Shown here one piece after another: positions 11,297 through 21,126 of a stretch of DNA of 64,000 nucleotides. Each line of letters starts with the position of its first letter. The stretch's first letter is position 1. The notes below the pieces were generated by a model. That model had not been told where the DNA came from, did not search any database, and was given only the letters and a program-made list of their open reading frames with translations. Source of the stretch: an uncultured Gemmatimonadales bacterium (GTDB taxonomy: Bacteria > Gemmatimonadota > Gemmatimonadetes > Longimicrobiales > RSA9); NCBI GenBank assembly GCA_963741945.1, contig CAVUKA010000003.1, positions 352,001 through 416,000 on the forward strand. Direction: 5' to 3'. The position numbers and the translations under genes were made by a program.

Positions 11297-12658
11297 ATGA
11301 AACGAAGTGTGCTGGCCGTACTGATGGTCCTCCTCGCCGGTGTAGTCCCGGCGGTGGCGCAGGAGCCGGACTCCACGGCGCAGGCGCCGGACTCCACGGC
11401 GCAGGCGGCGCCGGACTCCGCGGCGCAGGCGGAGCCGGAGCTGGTGGACCGGATCGTCGCCGTGGTGGGGGACAGTGTGATCCTCGCTTCCGACGTGCAG
11501 GAGCAGTTGGAGCGCCGCCGGGCGATGGGGGAGGACGTGCCCGCGCGGGGGCCGGCGCTGGAGCAGGCGAGAAAGGACGAGCTGGAGTCGCTGATCAACG
11601 AGCTGGTGATGCTCCAGGCGGCGGCGCGGGACTCCGTCAGCGTGGCGGACGCGGACGTGCAGGCGCAGGTGCAGGCCGCCGTGGCCGAGCAGCAGCAGCG
11701 CTTTGGTGGCGAGGCAGCGTTCCAGAAAGGGCTGGAGCGGGAGGGGATGACGCTGGAGCAGTACCGTCGCATGATCGAGCGGAACGTGCGCCGGGCCGGA
11801 GTCCGTCAGCGCTACATGGCCACGCTGCAGCGCGACCATTCTCCGCCCCCGGTCTCCGAAGCGGAGGTGAAACAGTTCTTCGAGGAGCGGGCGGGCACGC
11901 TGGGGACGCGGCCGGCCACGATCGAGTTCAGGCAGGTGGTGGTCTCACCGCAGCCGTCGGACTCGGCGCGCCAGGCGGCGCTGAACGAGGCCAGCGAGGT
12001 GCGCCAGAAGCTCCTGAACGGAGAGGACTTCGAGCAGCTGGCCCGTCGCTATTCGGACGATCCGGGAACGAAGGAGAAGGGGGGCGAGCTGGGCTGGTTC
12101 CGACGCGGGCAGTTCGTGCCGGCCTTCGACCGGGCCGCGTTCTCGCTGCGCCCCGGCCAGATCAGCCCGGTGGTGGAGACGCCCTTCGGGTTCCACATCA
12201 TCCGGGTCGACAAGGTCAAGGGACCCGAGCGGCAGGCGCGGCACATCCTGATCACGCCGGAGATCACGTCGGCGGACGAGGCGAAGACGGAGACGCGGGC
12301 CGCGGACGTGGCCCGATCGCTTCGGAACGGCGCGTCCATGGACAGCATGATCGCGGCCGTGCACGACGCCGCCGAGGAAAGCCACGTCGGCCCGGCGCTC
12401 CAGGACTCGCTGCCGGCGCCGTACAACGCCCAGCTCCGGGGGGCTTCGGCCGGCGACATCGTGGGGCCGTTCGGGGTCCCCGGGCCCCGGGAGTCGTACG
12501 CGGTGGTGAAAGTCGTGGACGTGAACGCCGCCGGGGCGTACTCTCTGGATGACCCACAGATACGCGAGCAGATCCGAACGTTCATCCAGCAGGACAAGAT
12601 GCTGAAGGAAGTGCTGGCGGACCTGCGTCGCCGCACGTACATCGACATCCGCTACTGA
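11297..12658 (+). CDS. surA: SurA-like periplasmic chaperone/PPIase
   Basis: Signal peptide, VDRIVAVVG SurA N-terminus, parvulin domain GGELGWF...FGFHII; directly upstream of pdxA. Confidence 0.85.
   Translation: MKRSVLAVLMVLLAGVVPAVAQEPDSTAQAPDSTAQAAPDSAAQAEPELVDRIVAVVGDSVILASDVQEQLERRRAMGEDVPARGPALEQARKDELESLINELVMLQAAARDSVSVADADVQAQVQAAVAEQQQRFGGEAAFQKGLEREGMTLEQYRRMIERNVRRAGVRQRYMATLQRDHSPPPVSEAEVKQFFEERAGTLGTRPATIEFRQVVVSPQPSDSARQAALNEASEVRQKLLNGEDFEQLARRYSDDPGTKEKGGELGWFRRGQFVPAFDRAAFSLRPGQISPVVETPFGFHIIRVDKVKGPERQARHILITPEITSADEAKTETRAADVARSLRNGASMDSMIAAVHDAAEESHVGPALQDSLPAPYNAQLRGASAGDIVGPFGVPGPRESYAVVKVVDVNAAGAYSLDDPQIREQIRTFIQQDKMLKEVLADLRRRTYIDIRY
11366..11431 (+). repeat. In-frame 21-bp tandem repeat x3 encoding PDS(T/A)AQA
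   Basis: ccggactccacggcgcaggcg at 11366 and 11387; one-mismatch copy at 11411. Confidence 0.9.
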
Positions 12659-12678
12659 GCCCGGGAATTCATCGCGTG

Positions 12679-13614
12679 ATGAGCCGCGCGCCACTCCGCC
12701 TCGCCGTGACATTGGGGGATCCCCGGGGCATCGGTCCGGAGGTCGCCTCGGCCGCGCTGACGGCCGAAGCCTCGGCCGAGCTGATCACGGTTGGACCCAC
12801 CGGCGCGGGCATGGAGCCCGACCGGATCATCGGGCATTGGGAGCCCGGCAGCGCGAGCGCCGCGGAAGCGGGCCGGCTGGCCGGCGCCGCCATCGAGCGC
12901 GCCACGGAGATGGCGCTCGCGGGGGAAGTGGCCGGGATCGTCACGGCGCCGATCGACAAGGCCGCGCTCGCCGCGGCCGGCTACGGATTCCCCGGGCACA
13001 CCGAGATGCTGCAGTCGCTGACCGGGGCGCCAGAAGTAGTGATGCTCATGGCGGCGGAGCGAACCCGGCTGGGGGGACCGCTGCGCGTGGTCCTCGCCAC
13101 CACCCACCTCGCCCTCACCGACGTCCCGAGGGCAGTCACGGCCGAGCGGCTCGTGTCGCAGGCCACGCTCACGGCCGAGGGGCTGGCGCGCTGGTGGGGG
13201 TTGAGCAGACCGCGCCTCGCCCTGTGCGCCCTGAATCCTCACGCTTCCGACGGCGGCCTCTTCGGCGACGAAGAGGCGCGGGTGCTGGCCCCCGCCGTGG
13301 AAACGCTGCGCGGCCAGGGCATCGACGTGACGGGGCCGCTCCCCGCCGACACCGTTTTCGTGCGCGCGCTGCGCGGCGACTTCGATGCCGTCATCGCTCC
13401 CTACCACGACGTGGGAATGGCGGCGTTCAAGACGGCGAGCTTCGGCGGCGGCGTGAACGTGACCCTGGGGCTGCCATTCGTGCGTACGTCGCCGGACCAT
13501 GGCACTGCACTGGACATCGCCGGGCGGGGCCTGGCGGATCCATCGTCAATGCTGGAGGCGGTACGGCTGGCAACGCGGCTGGTCCGCGCCTCCAGGGAGG
13601 CCGGCGTCGCATGA
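12679..13614 (+). CDS. pdxA: 4-hydroxythreonine-4-phosphate dehydrogenase
   Basis: GDPRGIGPE, TAPIDK, GHTE, LNPHA, YHD, RTSPDHGTA. Confidence 0.96.
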   Translation: MSRAPLRLAVTLGDPRGIGPEVASAALTAEASAELITVGPTGAGMEPDRIIGHWEPGSASAAEAGRLAGAAIERATEMALAGEVAGIVTAPIDKAALAAAGYGFPGHTEMLQSLTGAPEVVMLMAAERTRLGGPLRVVLATTHLALTDVPRAVTAERLVSQATLTAEGLARWWGLSRPRLALCALNPHASDGGLFGDEEARVLAPAVETLRGQGIDVTGPLPADTVFVRALRGDFDAVIAPYHDVGMAAFKTASFGGGVNVTLGLPFVRTSPDHGTALDIAGRGLADPSSMLEAVRLATRLVRASREAGVA

Positions 13615-14288
13615 TCCGGTTCGAGAACGTCACCCGGGAGTTCCCCCGCGCGGGGAAGGCGCTGAACGAGGTGGCATTCCGGATCCACAAGGGCGAGTTC
13701 GTGTTCCTCACGGGGCACAGCGGCGCCGGCAAGACCACGGTGCTGCGGATGATTCACGGCGCCGACCGACCCACCAGCGGCACGGTCCGGGTGAGCGGAG
13801 AGGACGTGGCGCAGCTGCGGCCGAGGGACGTGGCCATGATGCGTCGCAAGATCGGGTACGTCTTCCAGGACTTCCGGCTGCTCCCGGACCGATCGGCGGC
13901 CGAGAACGTGGCATTCGCACTGGAAGTGACCGGGGCCCGCCCCTCGGTGGTCCGCAGCAAGGTGGGGCGGCTGCTGGCGCAGGTGGGGCTGGCGTCGAAA
14001 GCGAGCGCGCTTCCGTCCGAGCTTTCGGGTGGCGAGCAGCAGCGGGTGGCTGTGGCACGTGCGCTCGTGAACGATCCCGTGGTGCTCCTGGCGGACGAGC
14101 CGACCGGGAACCTGGATGACCGGGCCACGCGGGGCATTTACGCGTTGTTCCGCTCCATCAACGCCTCCGGGACGGCCGTGCTCCTGGCCACGCACGACGG
14201 CGAGCTCATCCGCCAGAGCGGGGGCTGCCGTATCCTCGAGCTGGACCACGGCTCGCTCGTCCGCGACTCACAACGGGTCGCCGGCTGA
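13611..14288 (+). CDS. ftsE: Cell division ATP-binding protein FtsE
   Basis: GHSGAGKT, VFQDFRLL, LSGGEQQR, ADEPTGNLD; ATGA overlap with pdxA; upstream of ftsX. Confidence 0.93.
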   Translation: MIRFENVTREFPRAGKALNEVAFRIHKGEFVFLTGHSGAGKTTVLRMIHGADRPTSGTVRVSGEDVAQLRPRDVAMMRRKIGYVFQDFRLLPDRSAAENVAFALEVTGARPSVVRSKVGRLLAQVGLASKASALPSELSGGEQQRVAVARALVNDPVVLLADEPTGNLDDRATRGIYALFRSINASGTAVLLATHDGELIRQSGGCRILELDHGSLVRDSQRVAG

Positions 14289-15145
14289 TGTGGCACTCGC
14301 TGCGCGAAGCACTCGCGGGGTTCCGGCGCGCACCCCTGCTCACGGGGCTGTCCGCAGCCATGATCGCCCTGTCGCTGTTCGTGGTGGGGCTCTTCGGCGT
14401 CGCCGCGCACAACATCCGGCTGGTCCTCGATCAGGTGGAGGCCCGGGTGGAGGTGGTGGCGTACCTGCGCGACGACGCGCTGCCCGACCAGGTCCAGGCG
14501 CTCCGTGCCGAGCTGCTCCGTGCGCCGGACGTGCGCGATGTCAGCTTCGTCTCCCGGAAGCAGGCCCTCGAGACCGCGCGCCGGGAGCTGACGGAGTTCC
14601 AGGGCGTGTTCGACGATCTGGAACAGAACCCGTTCCCGGCATCCCTCCAGATCACGCTGCAGCCGGGGCAGCGCGATGCCGACGCGGTGCACGCCCTCGC
14701 CGAGCTGGCCGCGCAGGCGCCGATCGTGGAGGACGTCCGATACGGGCGAGACTGGCTGGACAAGGTCTACCTTCTGCGACGCGTGGCCGGCGCCGCCGCC
14801 CTCGTGGTCGGCGGCGCGTTCGCCGCAGTGGCGGCCCTCATCATCGGCGCCGCCATCCGTCTCGCGATCTTCGCCCGGCGCGATGAGATCGCAATCATGC
14901 GGCTGGTGGGCGCCACGAACGGCTTCGTGCGTCGCCCCTTCCTCGTGGAAGGGTTCATCACCGGACTCATCGGCTCGCTGCTGGCCATCCCGGCCACCTA
15001 CTTCGTCTTCCGCTTCCTGTCCGGGTCTGTCGTGCAGCTCCAGTGGATTCCCGGGGCGTGGGTGGCGGCCGGACTTCTCTTCGGCGCAGCGCTCGGCGCG
15101 CTCGCCAGCTACCGGGCGGTGCAGCGGCACCTGCAGGAGTCATGA
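14288..15145 (+). CDS. ftsX: Cell division permease FtsX
   Basis: 4-TM pattern, NPFPASL, RRDEIAIMRLVGAT, PFLVEG. Confidence 0.93.
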   Translation: MWHSLREALAGFRRAPLLTGLSAAMIALSLFVVGLFGVAAHNIRLVLDQVEARVEVVAYLRDDALPDQVQALRAELLRAPDVRDVSFVSRKQALETARRELTEFQGVFDDLEQNPFPASLQITLQPGQRDADAVHALAELAAQAPIVEDVRYGRDWLDKVYLLRRVAGAAALVVGGAFAAVAALIIGAAIRLAIFARRDEIAIMRLVGATNGFVRRPFLVEGFITGLIGSLLAIPATYFVFRFLSGSVVQLQWIPGAWVAAGLLFGAALGALASYRAVQRHLQES

Positions 15146-16458
15146 TCGGCCCGGGCGCCGCCACGCCGGCCCCTCCGGCCCGACGCGGCGTGGGGTCCGG
15201 GGTGCCCGGTTCCCGGCCGACCGGGCCGCGGCCCATGCGCAGCGCCATCGCGCGGTGCCTGCCAGCCATCCTCGCTGGGATCCTGCTCCTCATCCCTGCC
15301 GCCCCGACCGCGGCGCAGCAGGACACGCTCCAGCAGCGGATCCGTGCCAGCCAGAGCCGGCTCCAGGAGATCCAGGCGGAACGAAAGCGGCTCGAGGGCG
15401 AGATGCGGTCGCTCCAGGGGCGGGCGCGCGACATCTCGGCGGAGCTGAGCAACATCGAGCGGCAGATGTCGGCATCGGCGGAAGCGCTTCGCGAGTTGGA
15501 CTTCCAGACCGCGGCGCTGGCGGCCAACGCGGAACAGACCACACGGGAGCTGGTCCAGACGCGAGACCGGCTGCGCGAACGCACCGTTCTCCTCACGCAG
15601 CGGCTCCGCAGCATCTACGAGCGGGGGCAGATGCACACGGCTCGCGTTCTCCTCAGCGCCACCAGCTTCGGCGACCTTCTGAACCGCTACAAGTACCTGC
15701 ACCTGATCTCCGTGCACGACCGCATGCTGATCAACGAGATCGGCAGACTGGAAGAGAAGCTGAGCGAGCAGGAGCGCAGCCTCCGCGCCAGCCTGGCGCA
15801 GCTGGAGCGGCTCCGGGCCGACAAGCTGTCCGAGTTCGCGCGCCTGCAGAATCTCGAGCAGTCCCGCACCGCCACGCTGCGCTCCGTGCGCGGCCGCGTC
15901 TCGCGTGCCGAGCAGCGCATGCAGCAGCTGGCGGCCGACGAGCGGCAGCTCAACTCCCTGGTGGAACAGCTGGAGCGGGCCCGCGTGGAAGCCGAACGGC
16001 GGCGCACCCTGGCGGGTTCGGGCGCCGCGAGGAGCGGCCTGTCACCCCGGGAGCTGGGGACGCTCCGGTGGCCGGTGCAGGGGCGGCTGCTCTACCGCTT
16101 CGGCGCCGAGCGGCGGCCGAACGGGGTGACGCTGCGGCGCAACGGGATCGGCATCGCGGCCGACCCCGGCACGCCCGTGCACGCGATCCGCGCGGGCACC
16201 GTGGTGGCGGCGCGGCGAATGGAAGGGTTCGGCCCCGGCGTGATCGTAAGCCACGGCGGCGGCTTCTACTCGCTCTACCTGTATCTGGGCAGCATCGCCG
16301 TGCGCGAAGGGCAGGATGTGGCCGCCGGTGCCGTGCTCGGGACGGTCGGGACGAGCGCCGAGGAAGGACCGCACCTCTACCTGCAGATCCAGGCGCCCGT
16401 AAACGGAGACGCGCCCGTGGCCGTGGATCCCATCCCCTGGCTGAAGCCCCGATCATGA
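15142..16458 (+). CDS. envC: EnvC-like murein hydrolase activator (coiled coil plus degenerate M23 domain)
   Basis: Follows ftsEX; long coiled coil; WPVQG; Zn ligands degenerate (NGIGI for HxxxD, HLY for HxH). Alternative start at 15235. Confidence 0.85.
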   Translation: MIGPGAATPAPPARRGVGSGVPGSRPTGPRPMRSAIARCLPAILAGILLLIPAAPTAAQQDTLQQRIRASQSRLQEIQAERKRLEGEMRSLQGRARDISAELSNIERQMSASAEALRELDFQTAALAANAEQTTRELVQTRDRLRERTVLLTQRLRSIYERGQMHTARVLLSATSFGDLLNRYKYLHLISVHDRMLINEIGRLEEKLSEQERSLRASLAQLERLRADKLSEFARLQNLEQSRTATLRSVRGRVSRAEQRMQQLAADERQLNSLVEQLERARVEAERRRTLAGSGAARSGLSPRELGTLRWPVQGRLLYRFGAERRPNGVTLRRNGIGIAADPGTPVHAIRAGTVVAARRMEGFGPGVIVSHGGGFYSLYLYLGSIAVREGQDVAAGAVLGTVGTSAEEGPHLYLQIQAPVNGDAPVAVDPIPWLKPRS

Positions 16459-17588
16459 GCATCACCGGTCACGAGCGGGTCCGTCACGACCTGGCCACCG
16501 CCGTCCGCCGCGGGGAGCTCCCGGGCTCCATCCTCGTGCACGGCCTCCCCGGCGTGGGGCGTCAGGCCCTGGCGCTCTGGCTCGGGCGCCTGCTCGTGTG
16601 CGAGAGTCCGGGCACCAACGGCCCGTGCGACGCCTGCCGCTCCTGCCGCCTCGCCCTCGCGCTCCAGCACCCGGACATCCACTGGTTCTTCCCCCTGCCC
16701 CGCCCCAAGGGGGCCAGCAGCCCCGAGAAGCTCGCCGACGCGCTCGAAGAAGCACGCCTCGAGACCCTCCAGCAGCGGCGGGCGGACCCGCTGTCCACAC
16801 TCACCACCGGCGACGATGTCGTCGGCTACTACCTCGCCCAGGTCCGCACCATCCGCCGGCTCGGCGCCACCCGACCGGCCATGGCGCCACGCCAGGTGTT
16901 CATCATCGGCGACGCCGAGCTGCTCGTGCCACAGGAAGCGAGTGAGGAGGCCGCCAACGCGCTCCTCAAGATCCTGGAGGAGCCACCGCCCTCCACCTGG
17001 TTCATCCTGACCGCCGCCGAGCCCGATGCGCTCCTGCCCACGCTGCGCTCCCGGCTCCTCCCGGTGCGCCTCCGGCCGTTCCGTCACGAAGAGGTCCGCG
17101 ACTTCCTCATCGAGCGCGCCGGAGCCGACCCGCGCGCCGCGGACATTGCCGCCCGACTCGGACAGGGGTCCATCGGCCGCGCCCTCGCCTTTCTCCCCCG
17201 GGAAGGCACCGATGGCCGCGCCCTGGAGCTCCGCGGCGCCGCCCGCACCTGGCTCGCCGCCGCCCTCGCCGATGACGCCACCGCGCGCTACGCCGCCGCT
17301 CACGCCGAACGGCCGGGTGGGGCGCGGGGGGCGTTCGGCGACACTCTGGACCTCCTCGCCCTCTGGCTCCGTGACCTGGCATGCGTGGCCGCGGACACGG
17401 AGGACCACGTGGTGAACGCCGACGCCCTCCCCTTCCTCCGCTCCGTTGCCAGAGAGCTGCGCCCGGACGCGATACCCCACGCCGTGCGCGCGGTCGAGGA
17501 CGCCCGCGACGAGGGGGGTATCAACGCCAATCCCCAGCTCACCCTCGCCCACCTCCTTCCCCGTCTCCACACACTGCTCCGCGGCTGA
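16455..17588 (+). CDS. holB: DNA polymerase III delta' subunit-like clamp loader protein
   Basis: GLPGVGR, CDACRSC zinc motif, HPD, AANALLKILEEPP, PTLRSR. Confidence 0.88.
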   Translation: MSITGHERVRHDLATAVRRGELPGSILVHGLPGVGRQALALWLGRLLVCESPGTNGPCDACRSCRLALALQHPDIHWFFPLPRPKGASSPEKLADALEEARLETLQQRRADPLSTLTTGDDVVGYYLAQVRTIRRLGATRPAMAPRQVFIIGDAELLVPQEASEEAANALLKILEEPPPSTWFILTAAEPDALLPTLRSRLLPVRLRPFRHEEVRDFLIERAGADPRAADIAARLGQGSIGRALAFLPREGTDGRALELRGAARTWLAAALADDATARYAAAHAERPGGARGAFGDTLDLLALWLRDLACVAADTEDHVVNADALPFLRSVARELRPDAIPHAVRAVEDARDEGGINANPQLTLAHLLPRLHTLLRG

Positions 17589-17687
17589 TCTGCGGGCACC
17601 GTCGGACCCTGCAGCCATGTCCAAGGGCGGTGGCTACTTGCAACGAGGCGGTTCCGCGGCTCGCCTGGAGCGGTTTATCTTTGCCGG

Positions 17688-18200
17688 ATGGTGAACGACG
17701 AGCTGGATCGTCGGCTGACGCACCAGGACCGCGCCGGCCGCGCCCGAATGGTGGACGTGGGATCGAAGGGGGTGACGGCGAGGCGGGCGGTGGCAGAAGG
17801 TCGCATCCGGATGGAGGCGACCACGCTCGCGGCGCTGGAGGAAGGGCGTACGCCCAAAGGGGACCCCCTACTGGTCGCGCAGGTGGCGGCGATCCAGGCG
17901 GCGAAGCGGACGTGGGAGCTGATCCCCCTCTGTCACCCGCTTCCGCTCTCCAGCGTGGAGGTGGAGCTTGAGGCGGACCGGGCGTTGCCGGGCGTCCGCG
18001 TGGAAGCCCGCACGCAGGTCGTGGGACGCACGGGCGTGGAGATGGAAGCACTGACAGCCGTGTCGGTCGCGCTCCTGACGGTGTACGACATGTTGAAGGC
18101 CGTGGATCGGAACATGCGGATCGACGGGATCCGCCTGCTGGAGAAGAGCGGCGGACGATCCGGGGAATGGGCGGCGGACCTATCCATGGAGGATGAATGA
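17688..18200 (+). CDS. moaC: Cyclic pyranopterin monophosphate synthase MoaC
   Basis: [34 protein letters not shown]. Confidence 0.97.
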   Translation: MVNDELDRRLTHQDRAGRARMVDVGSKGVTARRAVAEGRIRMEATTLAALEEGRTPKGDPLLVAQVAAIQAAKRTWELIPLCHPLPLSSVEVELEADRALPGVRVEARTQVVGRTGVEMEALTAVSVALLTVYDMLKAVDRNMRIDGIRLLEKSGGRSGEWAADLSMEDE

Positions 18201-19009
18201 CGGCCGAATCTGCCGAGTCCGGCATGTCGCGCACGGAGCTCCTTCGGGAGCTGGCGCGGCAGGCGGAAGCGCGGGGCCTGCTGTCTCCCGACGAGGTGGA
18301 AGGTCGGCGGCGCAGCAGGGATCGGGAGGAAGGTGGGCCGCTGTCGCGCTGGGAATCGGAACAGCGCGGTCAGGTTCGCCGTCGGGCCGCGGCCACCTGG
18401 AGCCGGGTCGGCCCGCACGCGCGGATTTCGGTGATCGCGGCCGTCGCGTTCATCGTCGGTGTGCAGATGGCGGCGCGCCCCGATGGGGCCAGGCTGTCGG
18501 CGCTGGAGAAGCAGGTCGGGAACGATCGGGTCGCCCTAACCGCCCGTAAGGGCGAGCTGGAGCTGGTTCGGATCGAGCTGGCCCGCCTGAACGAGATCAT
18601 GACGTACTCGCGGAAGTACGCCGTCACCGCGGATCTGGCCGCGGCCATCAACGATATCGCCCTTGCGGAAGGGATCGCTCCATCACTGGCCTTCCGGCTC
18701 GTGCAGGTGGAAAGCGGTTTCTACCGGCGCGCCGTCAGCCCCATGGGCGCGGTCGGATACGCCCAGTTGATGCCCGCAACCGCCGTCCAACTCGACCCCA
18801 CGGTGTCCTACGACGACCTCTTCGATCGGGACATCAACCTGAGGCTCGGCTTCCGCTACCTCCGCCAGCTCCTCGACCATTACGAGGGCGACCTCCGCCT
18901 CGCGCTCCTGGCCTACAACCGCGGACCTGGCACCGTCGACTCCATTCGGCGCGACGGCGGGGATCCGGGCAACGGCTACGCCCGCTCGGTGATGAGCGGC
19001 GGCCGGTAG
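18197..19009 (+). CDS. Membrane-anchored lytic transglycosylase (SLT domain)
   Basis: TM segment, coiled coil, [18 protein letters not shown]. Confidence 0.88.
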   Translation: MTAESAESGMSRTELLRELARQAEARGLLSPDEVEGRRRSRDREEGGPLSRWESEQRGQVRRRAAATWSRVGPHARISVIAAVAFIVGVQMAARPDGARLSALEKQVGNDRVALTARKGELELVRIELARLNEIMTYSRKYAVTADLAAAINDIALAEGIAPSLAFRLVQVESGFYRRAVSPMGAVGYAQLMPATAVQLDPTVSYDDLFDRDINLRLGFRYLRQLLDHYEGDLRLALLAYNRGPGTVDSIRRDGGDPGNGYARSVMSGGR

Positions 19010-19061
19010 CGCTGCACGAGCCGGAGGCCGGGGAGTCCGTTACGGCCGCGACGGCGGCCGG

Positions 19062-20279
19062 TCAGACGCGCAGGCGCAGCTTCTGTCCCGGGTAGATCCG
19101 GTTGCCGATGCCGTTCCAGCTCCGGATCTCCGAAACCGACACGCCGTGCCGGCGGGCGATTTCCCACAGCGTGTCGCCATGCCGAACCCGGTAAGTCTTC
19201 CAGTCGGCGGCGCCGGTCGACGACGCGAGCTTGCCCCCGCCATCGGAAGGCCGTAGCTCGTCCACCGACAGAAGGAGCTTCCCGCCCGTCCCCACGGGCA
19301 CCCGCACGGGCCATTCCCTGTCAGGCGGCGTCATGCTCCGCACCAGTTGCGGATTCAGCTCCTCCACCTGGTCCGCGTCCACGCCCGCCGCGTCCGCCAC
19401 CGCCGAGAGCGACACGCCGCCCGGCACCTTCACCTCGTCGTACGCGAGCGGGGCCTGGTGCTCGAGGCCGTAGAAGCCGTATCGGTTCGGGTCCTTCGCG
19501 ATGTAGCCCGCCGCAAGCATGAGCGGGACGTAATCTCGCGTCTCCCGCGGCAGGTAGTCATCGATCCGCCAGAAGAGCGACTCGTCCCCCTTCCGGCCAC
19601 CCGCCCGCTCCCGGAGGATCCGGTCCACACGGTTCTCCCCCGTGTTGTAGGCCGCCGCCGCCAGATACCAGCTGCCGAACCGCTCGTGCAGCTCCGACAG
19701 GTAGTCCAGCGCCGCGTCCGTCGCCTTGATCGGGTCCCGACGCTCATCCACGTAGGACGACACTTCCAGGCCGTAGCGACGCCCTGTCTCCGCAATGAAC
19801 TGCCACATCCCCGCCGCCCGCGCGCGCGAATACGCCTTCGGCGACAGTCCGCTCTCGATCATGCCCAGGTAAAGCAGGTCTTCCGGCATTCCGCGCGCCC
19901 GCAGCTGCGAACGGATGAACGCACCATACTTCCCTTCCCGCTCCAGCCACTCGTGCGTATGATCGCGGTTCCGTCCCTTCAGGAAGTCGATCCAGTACTC
20001 CACACGGTCGTTGTACGTCACCGGCAGGTCCCACGACGCCGACGCCCCCCGATCCAGCCGCCCCGACGCGAACCGCACCACCCCCGGCTCCGCACCGATC
20101 ACGCCCGCGAGCGTCAACGCCTCCGGCAAGGAAGACGCCCCCGCTTCGACACCCGCCGCCAGGATCTCGTCCACCGGCGTCGGTTCCGTCCCGGGGCTCC
20201 CATCTCCCACCACCCAGGCGCCCATCCCCAGCACGGTCGCCGCACCGGCAATCACGATAGCGAGTGTCCGTCGATTCAT
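19062..20279 (-). CDS. MltD-like lytic transglycosylase with C-terminal LysM
   Basis: IESG, AAGMWQF, DERRDP, AAYNTG, ETRDYV, YRVRHGDTLWEIA; AAGGAGG RBS before ATG 20279. Confidence 0.93.
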   Translation of the reverse strand: MNRRTLAIVIAGAATVLGMGAWVVGDGSPGTEPTPVDEILAAGVEAGASSLPEALTLAGVIGAEPGVVRFASGRLDRGASASWDLPVTYNDRVEYWIDFLKGRNRDHTHEWLEREGKYGAFIRSQLRARGMPEDLLYLGMIESGLSPKAYSRARAAGMWQFIAETGRRYGLEVSSYVDERRDPIKATDAALDYLSELHERFGSWYLAAAAYNTGENRVDRILRERAGGRKGDESLFWRIDDYLPRETRDYVPLMLAAGYIAKDPNRYGFYGLEHQAPLAYDEVKVPGGVSLSAVADAAGVDADQVEELNPQLVRSMTPPDREWPVRVPVGTGGKLLLSVDELRPSDGGGKLASSTGAADWKTYRVRHGDTLWEIARRHGVSVSEIRSWNGIGNRIYPGQKLRLRV

Positions 20280-20384
20280 GCTCCTCCTTCTCACGGGTAG
20301 CCAAGGCGTGGTAACCTCGCCCCAAACAAATGTTCCGGGCGCGCCATGGAGGGGCCACCACACGGCGGAAGCCGGCTGAGGTGG

Positions 20385-21026
20385 TCAGTCGGAGGTGTGG
20401 AGGAAGTTTCCGAGCGTGCGGTTGAGTGCGCTGAGGACAGCCAGGGAAGCAGCGGCGAGGATGTCGTCGCGCACGAGGACGGCGCCGACGAGGCGGCTGC
20501 TGCCGCTCTGGTGGAGGAGGAGGGAGGCCACCATCAGGTCCGAATCGAAGGCATGGAGCACCTTGACGCCGATGAGGCGAACGGCGAGGGCGGTCCCGGT
20601 GATGCCCTCGATGGCGTCGATGGCGGCGCGGGCGGCAGTGCGGAGCTCGATGGCGTCGCCCTTTTCGCCATCGGCGGAGCCGCTGTGGATGTGGTCGTCC
20701 CATTCGAGGCGAACGGTGATGGTGACGCGGCCGTTGTCCTCGACGCGCTCGACATCCATGAACCGGACCCGGCGTCGCGGCCCGGACGGGAGAGGGACGG
20801 AGACGCGGATGTTGAGGGCGGCGGGGTCGTGGCCGAGGGTGGCCAGTCGGTTCCGGATCGCGAGCTCGACGGGGCCGCGGTCGAACGAGGGGTCCCGCAC
20901 GATCCAGAGCGCGCCCGCGGGTGGGTCGAGGGAGGCGTGGAGGACGCCATCAAGGGCAGCGATGTCCGTTTCCAGCGCCGCGCGGGCGCCGGGCTCCAGG
21001 TGCGGCATGGCTATGATAGGATCCAC
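20385..21026 (-). CDS. Hypothetical two-domain protein
   Basis: Clean 213-aa ORF with normal composition; C-terminus ASLAVLSALNR; function not recognised. Confidence 0.7.
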   Translation of the reverse strand: MDPIIAMPHLEPGARAALETDIAALDGVLHASLDPPAGALWIVRDPSFDRGPVELAIRNRLATLGHDPAALNIRVSVPLPSGPRRRVRFMDVERVEDNGRVTITVRLEWDDHIHSGSADGEKGDAIELRTAARAAIDAIEGITGTALAVRLIGVKVLHAFDSDLMVASLLLHQSGSSRLVGAVLVRDDILAAASLAVLSALNRTLGNFLHTSD

Positions 21027-21126
21027 AGCGGGTGGTGGCCGCGAGGAGAGGGGCGGAAGTGCTCATCCGAAGATAGGCGCGGTTTCAGCCGGTGGTCAAG
21101 CGGCGAGGGCCCCGCCCCGCCGCGGT

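Noticed and set aside
15142..16458. Inactive M23 domain as a novelty
   Set aside because: Loss of Zn ligands is the established state of EnvC downstream of ftsEX
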